Assembly (NCBI GenBank): GCA_963666315.2
Contig: CAXXHG010000018.1
Location: 96,001-160,000 of the forward strand
Origin: Candidatus Binatia bacterium
GTDB lineage: Bacteria; Desulfobacterota; Binatia; Bin18
Length of the DNA: 64,000 bases
Direction: 5' to 3'
Below are positions 10,149 through 20,638 of this stretch, piece after piece. Position numbers and translations under genes: made by a program. The notes beneath the pieces are model-generated. The model was not told where the DNA came from, searched no databases, and saw only the letters and a program-made list of their open reading frames with translations. Position 1 is the stretch's first letter, and every line of letters begins with the position of its first letter.

Positions 10149-10883
10149 GTGTTTTCCCGCTTAGTGAAAGGCCTGGTGCTGCCTATCAGAGGCGGCACCT
10201 TCCTCCTCCGCCATCGTCGTCTCCTCCCGCTGGCAATCGCGCCATTCGTACTCAATACACTGCTGTACGCGGGAGCGGTGTTTGCCTTTTTTCATTACTA
10301 CGACAACTGGTTCAGTTTCATCGTGCAGCGTCCCGAAGCGTGGTATTGGCTCGGCGTGTATTACATCCTGCGTGTGCTGGCGTTTCTCATGGGTGTAGCC
10401 GTTTTTGTCTTCTCCTTTGTCTTTGTCGGTACTGTGCTGGCGTCTCCATTCCTTGACCTGCTGTCCGAACGAACCGAAGCTATCGTGCAGGACAGAACGA
10501 GCGACCAGCCCTTCAGTCTTCCGCAATTGCTCCGCAACGTCCTGCGCTCTGCCGGACATGCATTCTTGATTATCGGGATCCTGGCGCTCACCTTTCCGGT
10601 CAACTTTCTTCCCGTTATTGGACATGCGCTGTGGCTCGGCCTGGGCTGGCTGCTCTTAGCCTATGATATGAGCAGCTTTGCTATGGACCGCCGGCAGCTT
10701 TCTTTTCGGAAAAAATGGCGCTTGCTGCTCAGCAATAAGGCCGGCGCACTCGGATTTGGGGCAACCACGTTTTGCCTGACCGTCGTCCCGTTTATTGGTT
10801 TTGCTATGCTACCGGCAGCGGCGGTGGCGGGGACGTTATTGTTTTTGGATATTGAGACACAACAAGCCTCGCATAGCTCATAG
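10149..10883 (+). CDS. EI24/CysZ-like membrane protein
   Basis: ASPFLDLLSERTE, PVIG, PAAAVAGT patterns typical of CysZ/EI24. Confidence 0.85.
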   Translation: MFSRLVKGLVLPIRGGTFLLRHRRLLPLAIAPFVLNTLLYAGAVFAFFHYYDNWFSFIVQRPEAWYWLGVYYILRVLAFLMGVAVFVFSFVFVGTVLASPFLDLLSERTEAIVQDRTSDQPFSLPQLLRNVLRSAGHAFLIIGILALTFPVNFLPVIGHALWLGLGWLLLAYDMSSFAMDRRQLSFRKKWRLLLSNKAGALGFGATTFCLTVVPFIGFAMLPAAAVAGTLLFLDIETQQASHSS

Positions 10884-10909
10884 GGTGTCGGGGCGAGGTT
10901 CCCGCACCC

Positions 10910-11779
10910 TTATTGTTTCTGCCCCATCACAATCCCAGTCAGAAGACATCCCGCACCAAGACCTTGGAGCCATACGACCGGCTCGTTGAGAAATACCCAG
11001 GCTAGCAACGCAGCCCCAATGGGCTCACCAAGAATCGCTAGCGCCACGAGCGTTGGAGACATATAGGCCAGCGCCCAGTTCAAAATGGTGTGCCCTAGAA
11101 TCTGAGGGATCAGTGCCAACAAGATTAATATGCGATAGTCCGGTGTCGCAAATCCAAACAGCTGTAACTGAAAGAGCAAGCAGCCGGTTATCAAGACCAA
11201 GGCTGCGCACCCATACACGAGACCAACATATACACTCAGGCTGAGGCGTGCGCGGGCAAATCGTCCACACAGAAGATAGGCGGAAACCATCACCGCTCCG
11301 CACACGGCTAAGATATCGCCATAGACCGCTGACTCCATAGCTGGGCCTGACTGTTGAAAATCGTTCCAGCCTATGCACAGGCCGCCCAGCAATGCCAAGC
11401 CGATGCCTACCCACTGGCGGCGGACGAGGCGCTCATTCCAGATCAGGTACCCGGCTAGAGCGAGCAGTAAAGGATTCATGGTCACCAAGACCACAGAACT
11501 GGCCACGGACGTGTAACGGAGCGAGGCAATCCAGGCCGCAAAATGGAGCGCCAGACACACCCCGGCTCCAGCCACTATCCAGAGGTCACGAACCGATATG
11601 GAAACGCGTTCGGTTCGGAGTCGGATCAGACTCAGCGGGGTGAATATCAGCGCAGCCAGACTGAGGCGGTAGGCTGCCACAACGAGCGGAGGCACGTCTG
11701 GGACCAGTTTGATCAATGGCGCGGCAGTCGAAATGGCGAAGATACCAACACCGAGGACAGCCAGTGTTCCGCGCGGCAT
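10910..11779 (-). CDS. DMT/EamA family transporter
   Basis: About 10 TM segments; SLRYTSVASS, GHTILNWAL, EPIGA. Confidence 0.92.
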   Translation of the reverse strand: MPRGTLAVLGVGIFAISTAAPLIKLVPDVPPLVVAAYRLSLAALIFTPLSLIRLRTERVSISVRDLWIVAGAGVCLALHFAAWIASLRYTSVASSVVLVTMNPLLLALAGYLIWNERLVRRQWVGIGLALLGGLCIGWNDFQQSGPAMESAVYGDILAVCGAVMVSAYLLCGRFARARLSLSVYVGLVYGCAALVLITGCLLFQLQLFGFATPDYRILILLALIPQILGHTILNWALAYMSPTLVALAILGEPIGAALLAWVFLNEPVVWLQGLGAGCLLTGIVMGQKQ

Positions 11780-11785
11780 GGGTCA

Positions 11786-12160
11786 TCACAGCCGCGTGGC
11801 AGAATCCGTAGAAGACGCAGCGCACGAAGATTTAAGCACTACCGGCAAACCATCGCGCCAGTCGTATTTCTCGCGGAAAAACTGGGCAACGATCTGCCAC
11901 TCCTGGCTGTCTCGCTCAGTATCCAGTATCCGTGCCCGGACAGGAAACTGTTGCTCGGCAAGGGCCATATCTGCGCGAGAGTGCTTCTTCAGATTCTTTA
12001 CCCAGCCGACTTGGTGGCCGCGCTCGGCCATGACATACAACCGATGACAATGTACGATGAACCAAAGTTCTACATCACGTTGCGTACCGGAGCGGCGACC
12101 AGTCGTAGTGAGACTGAGGACTTGGACATCTCGGAGTGGGTGGAGATCGGCAATCTGCAT
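11786..12160 (-). CDS. Deazaflavin (F420)-dependent nitroreductase-like protein (DUF385/split-barrel)
   Basis: LTTTGRRSG...WVKNL motif. Confidence 0.8.
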   Translation of the reverse strand: MQIADLHPLRDVQVLSLTTTGRRSGTQRDVELWFIVHCHRLYVMAERGHQVGWVKNLKKHSRADMALAEQQFPVRARILDTERDSQEWQIVAQFFREKYDWRDGLPVVLKSSCAASSTDSATRL

Positions 12161-12184
12161 ACACTTTGAATCAATGCAACGCCG

Positions 12185-12470
12185 TCATTGGAGTTGCTCA
12201 AGAACAGCCTTTGCGTCTTGCAAATCCGCTGTCTCAAACCCTTGCGTAAACCAGGCGTACACTCCGCTGAGGAGATCATACGCCTCATCCGTTTTGCCCT
12301 GCTGTTGCCACTGTTAAGCTAAACTTGTCGCTGCCCGTAGCTCCAACGACTTGGCCTCATATTGTCGGGCAATAGTCAGCGCCTTCTGAAAACACTCCTC
12401 AGCTTTTTCCTCGCCGTTGAACTCAGAATCTCGAACTTTGAACTTCTGCAGCGTCAGTTCTCCCTTACGG
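12185..12470 (-). pseudogene. C-terminal TPR remnant of an adenylate-cyclase/AAA-ATPase-type protein with internal stop
   Basis: KGELTLQ...AEECFQKALTIARQYEAKSLELRAATSLA*QWQQQGKTDEAYDLLSGVYAWFTQGFETADLQDAKAVL; TAA at 12314-12316; 5' part absent, breakpoint next to a palindromic repeat. Confidence 0.85.
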
Positions 12471-12477
12471 GATAGGC

Positions 12478-12560
12478 TGTCATTCTGAGCTGAAAGCGAA
12501 GAATCTCTCAGGCGGTACACAACGAAGAGATCCTTCGTCACGGAGCCCCTCAGAATGATA
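12478..12560. repeat. Palindromic REP-like element (TGTCATTCTGAG...CTCAGAATGATA)
   Basis: 11/12 terminal inverted repeat; internal GAAGAATCT/AGATCCTTC arms. Confidence 0.7.
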
Positions 12561-12583
12561 CGCGTCGGATTTGCATTGACAAA

Positions 12584-13405
12584 CTATGAGAGTTGAAACT
12601 GCATCATGCCGAAGCCTACGACCATGGCTTCTTCATACATGACCACTTCACCCTTTGCGCCTTCGACGGCGCCGGCCACCGCAATCCAATTACGAATCTC
12701 GTGCGTGCCGTTGCCGATGGCCTCCATCTCGGCATCCGTAATATCGAGCATGGCAGGATCCTGCCTGCACAGGAGATCGAGAAATCTCTTATCGAACTGT
12801 TCATCGACCTTGCCCATGTCCGGCGTACCGACCGCGTGCGACAAGCCACCCGTGCCCAGAATCGCCACGCGTCCGGAACTGTCCCAGGACTGAATCGCTA
12901 GACCAACCATCCGGCCGAAATCATAGCAGCGTTTCAGGCTGGGCAGGGGCGGCAAGACGCAGTTCTGGATCAGCCACAGATAGGACATATCCCATTGCGG
13001 CGTCAGAAAATTAAGACAGGTCAGAAAGCCGTGCTCCAGGCCGACTTCTCCAATCCGGGTGAGGTCAAAGCCCTGGCGGACGCCTGTATCAAGAACGACC
13101 TCAGCCAGATCCGACTCAAAATTTACGGAAATGCTGCCGCACGGAATGCCCAGCCAGTTTTCCACCGGACCGACCCCAGTCTCCGCCGTCACCACTCCGA
13201 ACGATGGATAGCGCCGCGGATCGAGCGCGTTAAAATGCTCGTCTGAAATGACTACGATGGTATCGGCTCCAGCCGAGGTGAAGGTGTCTCGCAGGGTGTC
13301 GAACCCGTTATGAATTCTGCCCCACGTGGCTTCATCCGCCATCTGCGGAGCACTCATCATCAATGGACTGTGGACCGACGACATAGCTGCAACGATTTCC
13401 GCCAT
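12584..13405 (-). CDS. LigB-type (class III) extradiol ring-cleavage dioxygenase, catalytic subunit
   Basis: SSVHSP, SDEHF, LEHG, TGGLSH, HEIRNW metal/catalytic motifs. Confidence 0.9.
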   Translation of the reverse strand: MAEIVAAMSSVHSPLMMSAPQMADEATWGRIHNGFDTLRDTFTSAGADTIVVISDEHFNALDPRRYPSFGVVTAETGVGPVENWLGIPCGSISVNFESDLAEVVLDTGVRQGFDLTRIGEVGLEHGFLTCLNFLTPQWDMSYLWLIQNCVLPPLPSLKRCYDFGRMVGLAIQSWDSSGRVAILGTGGLSHAVGTPDMGKVDEQFDKRFLDLLCRQDPAMLDITDAEMEAIGNGTHEIRNWIAVAGAVEGAKGEVVMYEEAMVVGFGMMQFQLS

Positions 13406-13520
13406 AGGATCCTCCTTTTTTTTGAAAGGTAGAGTGCGTCCTACGCACCAATAGATAGTGGGCTAGTGGGCAAAACCCATCTCACAATTTTTCAAGTTCT
13501 ACTTCCCCGGTTGCTGCCCC

Positions 13521-13778
13521 TTACCCGGTCGCCTTTTTGAGTTGCTGTATATACTGCGGAATTTCGAGCCCAACAGCTAGCGCGAACTGAACCAGAATGT
13601 AGGGATGAATGCCGTGCGTGTAGAGCCAGCCCATATCGTGGGCCTTGAGCCGCTGCCGTTCTTCATCGGTTACATCGTAGTTTGCCAAGATCGTATCCGG
13701 CTCTTTGGCATACTGGGCTAAGTCTTGCTCAGACCGAAACAGGTCGACCAGCATAATATTGACGCTTTGTGCACTCAT
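13521..13778 (-). CDS. LigA/CarBa-like small subunit of extradiol dioxygenase
   Basis: 85 aa; YDVTDEERQRLKAHDMGWLYTHGIHPYIL pattern; AGGAGG RBS; directly upstream of the LigB-type gene. Confidence 0.85.
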   Translation of the reverse strand: MSAQSVNIMLVDLFRSEQDLAQYAKEPDTILANYDVTDEERQRLKAHDMGWLYTHGIHPYILVQFALAVGLEIPQYIQQLKKATG

Positions 13779-13804
13779 GATTCCTCCCTTAATACCCTGT
13801 CCCT

Positions 13805-13834
13805 CGTATACTCGGCTCAAACACGGCTTGTCAA
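13805..13834 (-). promoter_or_regulatory. Putative sigma70 promoter for the ligAB-like pair
   Basis: TTGACA-18 nt-TATACG on minus strand. Confidence 0.5.
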
Positions 13835-13923
13835 TGCACGCAAACCGGTATCTACTGGAGCAGGAGCACGGCGGAGGACAAATCGGTTGTAGTAGAATAA
13901 GAGTCGCATACGGAGGCAGCAGC

Positions 13924-15180
13924 ATGAGCCTTGCACCCATGGAGAATAATCTCGCTGATTTTACCTGGCCGGAGGCGGGCATGACCTCGGTTCCGTACCA
14001 AGTGTTTTGTGACCCTGCTGTGTACGCGCGCGAACAAGAGCGCATTTTTCGGGGCAGAACCTGGAGCTATCTTGCGCTCGAAGCCGAGGTCCCCTATCCC
14101 GGCGACTTCAAGGCGACTTTTGTTGGCGACACACCCATCGTCGTATCACGCGATAAAGAAGGGGTACTGCACGTCTTTGTGAACCGCTGCGCCCATCGTG
14201 GTGCGATGGTATGCCGCGAGACTCGCGGCAACCGTACCAGCCATACCTGCATTTACCACCAGTGGAGTTATAACCTGCAGGGCAAGCTGATCGGCGTACC
14301 GTTCCGCAAAGGCATTAATCAGCAAGGCGGCTACGGCGAGGACTTCGACCTAGCGCAGCACTCGTTACAAAAACTCCGAGTGGCCGTGTATAACGGGCTC
14401 ATCTTTGCCTCTTTTGCGACCGACATCGAATCCCTCGAAGACTATATCGGTCCTGCCATGCGGCCCTGGCTGGACCGCGTTTTTAACCGCCCGGTTCAGA
14501 TTCTCGGTTACGCGCGCCAATTCATCCACGCGAACTGGAAGCTGTACTCAGAGAATGTGAAAGACCCGTATCACGCCAGCCTGCTGCATCTCTTTCACAC
14601 CACCTTTGGGATTTATCGTTCGTCACAAGGCGGCCGGATCATCATGGATGAGACCGGCCGACACAGCATGCTACGCGCCTATAAAAAGACCGAGGCAGAA
14701 GAAGTGGCTGCCTACGACGGGAAAAACATCCGCAGCTATCAGACGGACTATACCCTGGCCGACCCATCACTCCTGACCTCACGCAAAGAATTTGATATTG
14801 AGTTGACCAATCACATCCAGACCATCTTTCCCTGTCTGGTTGTCCAGCAGATCCAAAACACCCTCGCTACGCGCCACATCCTGCCCAAGGCGCCGGATAA
14901 GTTTGAGCTGCTGTTCACCTTCTTTGGCTATGAAGACGACGATGAGGAGATCCGCGGTATCCGGATCAAACAGGCCAACTTGGTTGGTCCGGCCGGCTAT
15001 ATCTCTATGGAAGACGGCTATGCCACGGAACTGGTCCAGCAAGCTATCCAGCGTGAGCAGAGCGCGTGTTCAGTCCTCGAATTCGGCGGGACGGATAGGG
15101 CGGATCAGGAGAATCTTTTAACTGAGGCCGCGGTTCGGGGCTATTGGAATTATTATCACGACGTTATGGGCTTCCATTAA
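13924..15180 (+). CDS. Rieske ring-hydroxylating oxygenase alpha subunit (salicylate 5-hydroxylase/anthranilate/terephthalate-like)
   Basis: CAHRG...CIYH Rieske motif; ENVKDPYHASLLH and EDG mononuclear-Fe ligands; GGAGG before ATG 13924. Confidence 0.92.
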   Translation: MSLAPMENNLADFTWPEAGMTSVPYQVFCDPAVYAREQERIFRGRTWSYLALEAEVPYPGDFKATFVGDTPIVVSRDKEGVLHVFVNRCAHRGAMVCRETRGNRTSHTCIYHQWSYNLQGKLIGVPFRKGINQQGGYGEDFDLAQHSLQKLRVAVYNGLIFASFATDIESLEDYIGPAMRPWLDRVFNRPVQILGYARQFIHANWKLYSENVKDPYHASLLHLFHTTFGIYRSSQGGRIIMDETGRHSMLRAYKKTEAEEVAAYDGKNIRSYQTDYTLADPSLLTSRKEFDIELTNHIQTIFPCLVVQQIQNTLATRHILPKAPDKFELLFTFFGYEDDDEEIRGIRIKQANLVGPAGYISMEDGYATELVQQAIQREQSACSVLEFGGTDRADQENLLTEAAVRGYWNYYHDVMGFH

Positions 15181-15222
15181 GTTCCCCAACGCCTTCTCAA
15201 CGCGTTGTTCACATTCTGTTAT

Positions 15223-15264
15223 AAAAAAAAGAAAGGGGCGGTCTTTTTGGGAACCGCCCCTTTT
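15223..15264. terminator. Bidirectional intrinsic terminator
   Basis: AAAGGGGCGGT...ACCGCCCCTTTT stem with A-tract and T-tract, between convergent genes. Confidence 0.8.
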
Positions 15265-15287
15265 ATGTGTCGATGTCTCTCAATCAA

Positions 15288-16588
15288 TTAGGCGGCTGCA
15301 ACGTCAGGGACGATCTGGTCGCGTTTACCAGATGCCGGCAGCGGCCGCGAGCCTGGCGCCTTTTCAAATGGCCCCGGCAGATCGAACTCTTTGGCCATTT
15401 CACGCATGGCGGGCAGCACTTCCGTACCCAGCAAACGCAAACAGGTTTTGCGTTGCTCAAAAGTCATCGGGCCATGATGGTACCACAGGCCCATGATGCC
15501 CGGCCGGAGTGTCTCACACATTTTTCGAATCTTTTTGATAATAGTATCCGGCGTTCCCGCCATAATCAGATCACTATCCAGCGATGCTTGGAAATTCTCG
15601 CCGATACTCCGCTTGACTTCCCCAACATCAATGTCTCCTCCTTGCGAGAAGGAGATGATTTCTGTACCTGTGCGCGGATCAGTCAGCGCCTTGGCCAAGC
15701 GCTTGGTCGCCGCCTTGGAGTTATAGCCCGGAGGGAACATCCACTCAGCTCGGGCAAACGCACCAAAACCGCCGCCGAATACAAAGCCTCGGGCTAACTC
15801 GCGAGCCTTCTCTTCTGTTTCAGCCACACACACATTCTGCAAGTAGCCAAAGTTCTCTGGTCCGGCCTGATAGCCCTCTTGCTCCGCTGCATCGGCATAC
15901 AAGTTCACCATCTCGATCGTCGATTCGGGATTGGTACCCAGAGCAACATAAGGATAGCGGTGTTTGGCACTCCAGATGACCGTTTCCGGACTAATCAACC
16001 CTGGAACCCATTGTTGAGGCACGGGCTTCTGGATCGGCAACTGCCAGGGATTCACATTCCGGTAATGGTAGTGTTTGCCCTCATACCGCCACGGTCCCTT
16101 TCTCGTCCACGCCTGTTGGATAAAGTCATGGGCTTCGTTGAAGCGCTCCCGGTTATAGGCGGGATTGATGTTATTGGCGAGCTGTTCCGTACCAGCGCCA
16201 CGCACCCAGCCCGGGACCAGCCGACCACCGGAAATCATATCGATGGTGGCCAACTCTTCGGCCAGCCTTAGCGGATCGGCCACTGGGAGTGGATTGCCCA
16301 GCAGCACGATCTTCACCCTCTTGGTAATGCGGGCGAGAATCGCGGCTTCAACATCCATAACCCCACCGCCACAAAACGGCGTCTGGTGGTGCTCGTTCAG
16401 CATTCGATGCCGTCGAAGCCTAGCTCTTCTGCATAGACGCGCTCGTCCAGATACTCATTCAAGAGCTGGCCGCCTCTCTTGGGATCAAACAGTGTATTCG
16501 GGAGGCCAAAATAGCTGCTTCCATTTTCGATAATTGCATCCTCAGAGATATCCACGTATTCGCGTTCCGAGAAAGACATAATATGCAT
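15288..16588 (-). pseudogene. LLM-class flavin-dependent oxidoreductase, frameshifted (or sequencing error)
   Basis: ORFs 16397..16588 and 15288..16403 join as GFDGI|MLNEHH if 2 nt (16404-16405) are removed; paralog of 28974..30311 (GFDALMLNEHH). Confidence 0.85.
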
Positions 16589-16778
16589 ACAAAGCCCTCC
16601 TTCTTCTTTTCTTCACATCAGTGAGTAACTGACTTGTGCTCGAGATTTACCACGAGCCACTAAACACAGACTTTTTCATACTTGAGGGGCATGTGGCAAG
16701 AGACAGCAAGAGACAGCAAGAGACAGACTGAGAAGAGGCCTGCTCATTCCAACGCTAGCCTGCGGAGCCGATCATGCT

Positions 16779-17195
16779 TCAGCCCTCAGCCAGCCCACTG
16801 CGCAATAATTCCGTATCCAAATATTCCACAACCGACCGGACTTTGCCATCCGTAATGCGCCACACCCGGCAATAGGTATTGTTATAGTCTTTGCCGGTCT
16901 TAGTCCGAGCTCTCCCATGCGCCTGCTCGGCAACGTATTCCCCTTCAGCGATTAAGTTCTCGATGGTCATCTCGATCCGGCCTTCTTCCAGTCGTGCACT
17001 CAAGGCTCTTTTCAGCCCTTTGAGGAGTACGTCCTTGCCTTGAATACGTCCGGAGAAACGCGGGACCGTGCCGATCGGTGTAAAGGTGACATCATCGGCC
17101 GCATCCGCCAGGAAACCGTCCATATCCCCTCGGCTCATCGCCGCAATCGCCCGGCGAACTATGTCTTTATTGTGTTCGGTATTTTCGACGGCCAT
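16779..17195 (-). CDS. SnoaL/NTF2-like (ketosteroid isomerase-like) protein
   Basis: NKDIVRR, IAEGEYV, YNNTY, GKVRSVVEYLDT. Confidence 0.88.
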   Translation of the reverse strand: MAVENTEHNKDIVRRAIAAMSRGDMDGFLADAADDVTFTPIGTVPRFSGRIQGKDVLLKGLKRALSARLEEGRIEMTIENLIAEGEYVAEQAHGRARTKTGKDYNNTYCRVWRITDGKVRSVVEYLDTELLRSGLAEG

Positions 17196-17322
17196 ACAGT
17201 CTCCTCTCTCACCTATAGAATTTCTTTTCTATTCCTACACGCAAGGGCTGATTAAGAAAGATGTTCTCCATTGACTTCCATGACGAGCTGGACGAGCTGG
17301 ACGGGCTGTATGCAAAGGTAGA

Positions 17323-19014
17323 TTACCGGTTAGCCCGCAACATCTGGCCCGGCAGTGCGCCGGAATGTTCGCCCTGATTGAGCACGATCTGCCCATTCAC
17401 AATCACATACTGAATCCCCTCAGCGTGCTGAACGAAGCGCCGCTCCCCACCCGGTAGATCGTTCAGCATGACCTTTTCCCCTGCAGCAACCGTGTGCCGA
17501 TCAAAGACAACAAAGTCTGCGGCTTTTCCTGTTACAATCAGACCTCGATCATTGAGACCAAACAGCCGGGCGGGCTCAGACGTAATACGCTCGACTGCGC
17601 GTTCCAGGCTCATGGCTTGGCGTTCACGCACCCAGGTGCCGAGCAGATAGGTGGGATAGCCGGCATTACACAACATATCGACGTGCGCCCCACCGTCAGA
17701 CAGACCGATCAACACCCGCGGGTCGGTAATCACTTCCTCAACCAGATCGAGATCAAAATTCAGCATGGCCAAAGAAAATTCAGTCGCCAAATCGCCGGCC
17801 AAAGCCAAATCAAAAAAGGTGTCGAACGGATCTTTGCCTGTCTGCTGACTGAGTTCGGCAATACTTTTCCCCAGCCAGACCTGATGCTCGGGTTTGCCAA
17901 CTTTACACACTTCGGTTTGCTGCCACTGGCCGCTGAACGCTTTCGGCGTGGCGGTGCACGCCGCACGAAATTGCGCGCGGAATAGAGGGTCGGCATAGAT
18001 CCGCGCCTGTTCCTCGGCAGAGCAGTTGAACAACGCATGGCACACGTCATACGCGCCTAAAATAAAAGGGGTACGCAGATTAAACTGGAGCTCTGTCGGT
18101 TGGCAGCTCGCTTGGGGAATACCGCCGCGTTTAATCAACCCATCGGTATTGGCCAGCAACTCGGTGTGCGCCGTAGGCTGGTCGCTACGCGTCTGCACCG
18201 ACAGCCAGGTGACCGGACGTTGGCTTTCGACCAGCAGGAAGTCAATCAGCTCAAGGCTTCCGGACGGCAGGATGGATGACCCAGCGCCGCCCAGATTCAC
18301 CTCAATCGTGCCACTGCCGAGATCGCGCAACACATTCGCATAGACGCGCAGCTCGTCCCGACCGGCGAGTCGACACGCCAGCGGACGCCCCTTGAAACCC
18401 ACATGTTGGGTCGCGACTGTGGTGGAAAAGCCTAACGCACCGGCTTGCATGCCCTCTCGTAGGAGCACGGCAATGCGCTGCGTTTCATCCCGAGTGGCTT
18501 CCCGCTCTTGGGCGGCCTCGCCTATAACATAGGACCGGATAGGCGACAGCGGCATCAAAAAACCAAGATTAATTCCCATGCCCGTCTTGAATGGAGCCGC
18601 CATAAAATCGCTAAAGCTCTCCCACTCCCAGGTCACGCCTTTGGACAACACCTCGAACGACATGCCCTCAACATTGACCAGATCCCAGGCAAGCGTTTCT
18701 CGCTTGTCAGGCAGACAGGGTGCAAGACCCACTCCACAATTGCCCATCACCACGCTGGTCACACCGTTCCATGAAGAACAGGAAACCAATGGGTCCCAGC
18801 AAATCTGGGCGTCGTAGTGGGTATGTGGATCAATAAAGCCGGGGGCGACAACCAGATCAGATGCATCGATCACACGTTTGGAACTCGCATTGAGTTTTCG
18901 GGTTGGATCGATTTCAACGATGTGGCCATGCGCGACAGCAACGTCTGCCAGATATTGGGCTGCGCCTGTGCCGTCCACAACGGTTCCGTTTTTAATGAGC
19001 AGATCGTAGGCCAT
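17323..19014 (-). CDS. N-acyl-D-amino-acid deacylase family amidohydrolase
   Basis: YDLLIKNGTVVDGTG, PGFIDPHTHYD, GNCG, SDGGAH. Confidence 0.92.
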   Translation of the reverse strand: MAYDLLIKNGTVVDGTGAAQYLADVAVAHGHIVEIDPTRKLNASSKRVIDASDLVVAPGFIDPHTHYDAQICWDPLVSCSSWNGVTSVVMGNCGVGLAPCLPDKRETLAWDLVNVEGMSFEVLSKGVTWEWESFSDFMAAPFKTGMGINLGFLMPLSPIRSYVIGEAAQEREATRDETQRIAVLLREGMQAGALGFSTTVATQHVGFKGRPLACRLAGRDELRVYANVLRDLGSGTIEVNLGGAGSSILPSGSLELIDFLLVESQRPVTWLSVQTRSDQPTAHTELLANTDGLIKRGGIPQASCQPTELQFNLRTPFILGAYDVCHALFNCSAEEQARIYADPLFRAQFRAACTATPKAFSGQWQQTEVCKVGKPEHQVWLGKSIAELSQQTGKDPFDTFFDLALAGDLATEFSLAMLNFDLDLVEEVITDPRVLIGLSDGGAHVDMLCNAGYPTYLLGTWVRERQAMSLERAVERITSEPARLFGLNDRGLIVTGKAADFVVFDRHTVAAGEKVMLNDLPGGERRFVQHAEGIQYVIVNGQIVLNQGEHSGALPGQMLRANR

Positions 19015-19051
19015 GGATATCCTCTTTTTGCTCTCGTTTTTTCACCCTCAC

Positions 19052-20527
19052 TTAGGCAGCGCCATTTGCCAGCAACTTGCCGACCGCATCCTCGACCACT
19101 GTCCCTTTGAAAAAATCAGGATTTGTCCCCGTCCACAACGTCGTCGGATTGGTGAACACAAAGTCCCGAAAGTCATCTTCAGTAATTAGTCCATGTTCGA
19201 CCATTTCGTACGCTTCTTCCAAGACTTCTTCCATGTCGGGCACATCCCAGTGGCCGATGTCCGAGCTGAATATGGCCTTGAGCCGCGCACCAAACGGATT
19301 CATCTTGGCATTAAACGCGGTAGCATTAATCGGGTCGTCGGCTTCGCAGCCGAAATAAAAATTCCGGACAAACAAGTCCTTAATATCCTCGGCTTTTTCA
19401 ATTCCACAGCGCGCCCAGTCATCCAGCGCATTCGGATCTTCCCGTGTACCGCCCATCAAGCTTTTTCCACCGGCCAGGTGGTCGAGATGTTCTTCTGCCC
19501 ATTTACCGCCGTAGCGCTGGTACAGGTCGAGCAACTGTTCTTGGTTCAGATTGGCCGGATCGTAGTTGCCCATTTTTTTGATATTGCGCTTCTCCCAGTG
19601 ACCGATCATGTCCGCGTACAGATTGCACGCCCAGCCAACGCCGCTTTCTAAGAATCCAAACTTGAGCGTTGGGAATCGACGCGTCACTCCGCTCATAAAC
19701 ATAGCCTTACACAGCGCCTCGCCTGACGCGGCAAAATGCCCGATGTGGTTATACATATAGTTTGAGACCGAGGTCCGGCTGCCCCAGCCCATGGCCGGCG
19801 AATGGAACGTCGGCGCGATCTTGAGTTCTACACATTTTGCCCACACCGGGTCATAGTCATACGCGCTATCCAAGCAGAAGGTATCCAGCCAAAAGGCATG
19901 CTGGGCAACTTCCGGAGCCACGCGCTGTACGACGGGAATCGGCCGCTGCACATGACCGGCCATCATAACAACTTTGAGGCCGAGCTCGTTCACCACAAAC
20001 TCAAGCTCTTCAATTGCCTCTTGCGGCGTATGCATGGGAATAGCGGCAGCCGGAGTCATCTGGCTGGCATACTCCTTAAAATACTCGGCATGAAACGTGT
20101 TGAGCGCCCGACACGTTGCCCGGCGGAGTTCGTCACTGTCGATATGCGGGAAGAGTAAGCCCAGCGTAGGATACAGGACGGTGAAGTCCAAGCCGATGAC
20201 CTCCATGCGTTCGGACAAGAGCTGAGGCAAAATGGCGGTTGCGCGATCCAGCGTATTCTTTGTAGGCAAGGCCCACCACGGTGAACGCGTCACACGCTGA
20301 TCCAGGCGTTCTTCAGGCGACAGCGAATACCAGCGAAACATCCGTCCCCAGCCACCGGAGTTGCGCTCGGGTGAGAGGAAACGCTTGACCATAGACTTGC
20401 CCCCGACCCGTTCCAGATAGTCGAAGAAGCCAGGCTCAAACTCAATCATATGTCCGTCCGAATCAATCACAGGATGATCCAGCTTGGCGCGGACTTCAGC
20501 GGATTTTGATGGGTATGTTGCTGGCAT
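19052..20527 (-). CDS. Amidohydrolase_2 family protein
   Basis: IDSDGH, YDPVWAKC, FLESGVGW, SSDIGHWD; GAAGGAG RBS before ATG 20527. Confidence 0.9.
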   Translation of the reverse strand: MPATYPSKSAEVRAKLDHPVIDSDGHMIEFEPGFFDYLERVGGKSMVKRFLSPERNSGGWGRMFRWYSLSPEERLDQRVTRSPWWALPTKNTLDRATAILPQLLSERMEVIGLDFTVLYPTLGLLFPHIDSDELRRATCRALNTFHAEYFKEYASQMTPAAAIPMHTPQEAIEELEFVVNELGLKVVMMAGHVQRPIPVVQRVAPEVAQHAFWLDTFCLDSAYDYDPVWAKCVELKIAPTFHSPAMGWGSRTSVSNYMYNHIGHFAASGEALCKAMFMSGVTRRFPTLKFGFLESGVGWACNLYADMIGHWEKRNIKKMGNYDPANLNQEQLLDLYQRYGGKWAEEHLDHLAGGKSLMGGTREDPNALDDWARCGIEKAEDIKDLFVRNFYFGCEADDPINATAFNAKMNPFGARLKAIFSSDIGHWDVPDMEEVLEEAYEMVEHGLITEDDFRDFVFTNPTTLWTGTNPDFFKGTVVEDAVGKLLANGAA

Positions 20528-20541
20528 GGGGTGCTCCTTCA

Positions 20542-20638
20542 CTGCCGCCATAGCACTTTGTTGGTGGGTAAAAAAGCCATCTTATCCCGTCTTCTGATTT
20601 ATCTATCGTAGGTCGGATTAGCGGAGCGTAATCCGACA
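20542..20638. repeat. Imperfect direct repeat copy 1 (promoter-like segment plus GTAG-type REP)
   Basis: Shares CTGCCGCCATAGCACTTTG (19/19), GGTAAAAAAG, CTTAT and ATCTATCGTAGGTCGG with 25262..25349. Confidence 0.85.

Noticed and set aside
13705-14045. Long overlapping N-termini of the LigA-like and Rieske ORFs
   Set aside because: RBS-supported starts at 13778 (-) and 13924 (+) remove the overlap.
16397-16410. Programmed frameshifting in the split LLM genes
   Set aside because: No slippery heptamer is evident, and intact paralogs exist in the same window.
16695-16724. Short tandem repeats (CAAGAGACAG x3; also GACGAGCTG x3 near 17282)
   Set aside because: No spacers and only three units, so not CRISPR; likely slippage.
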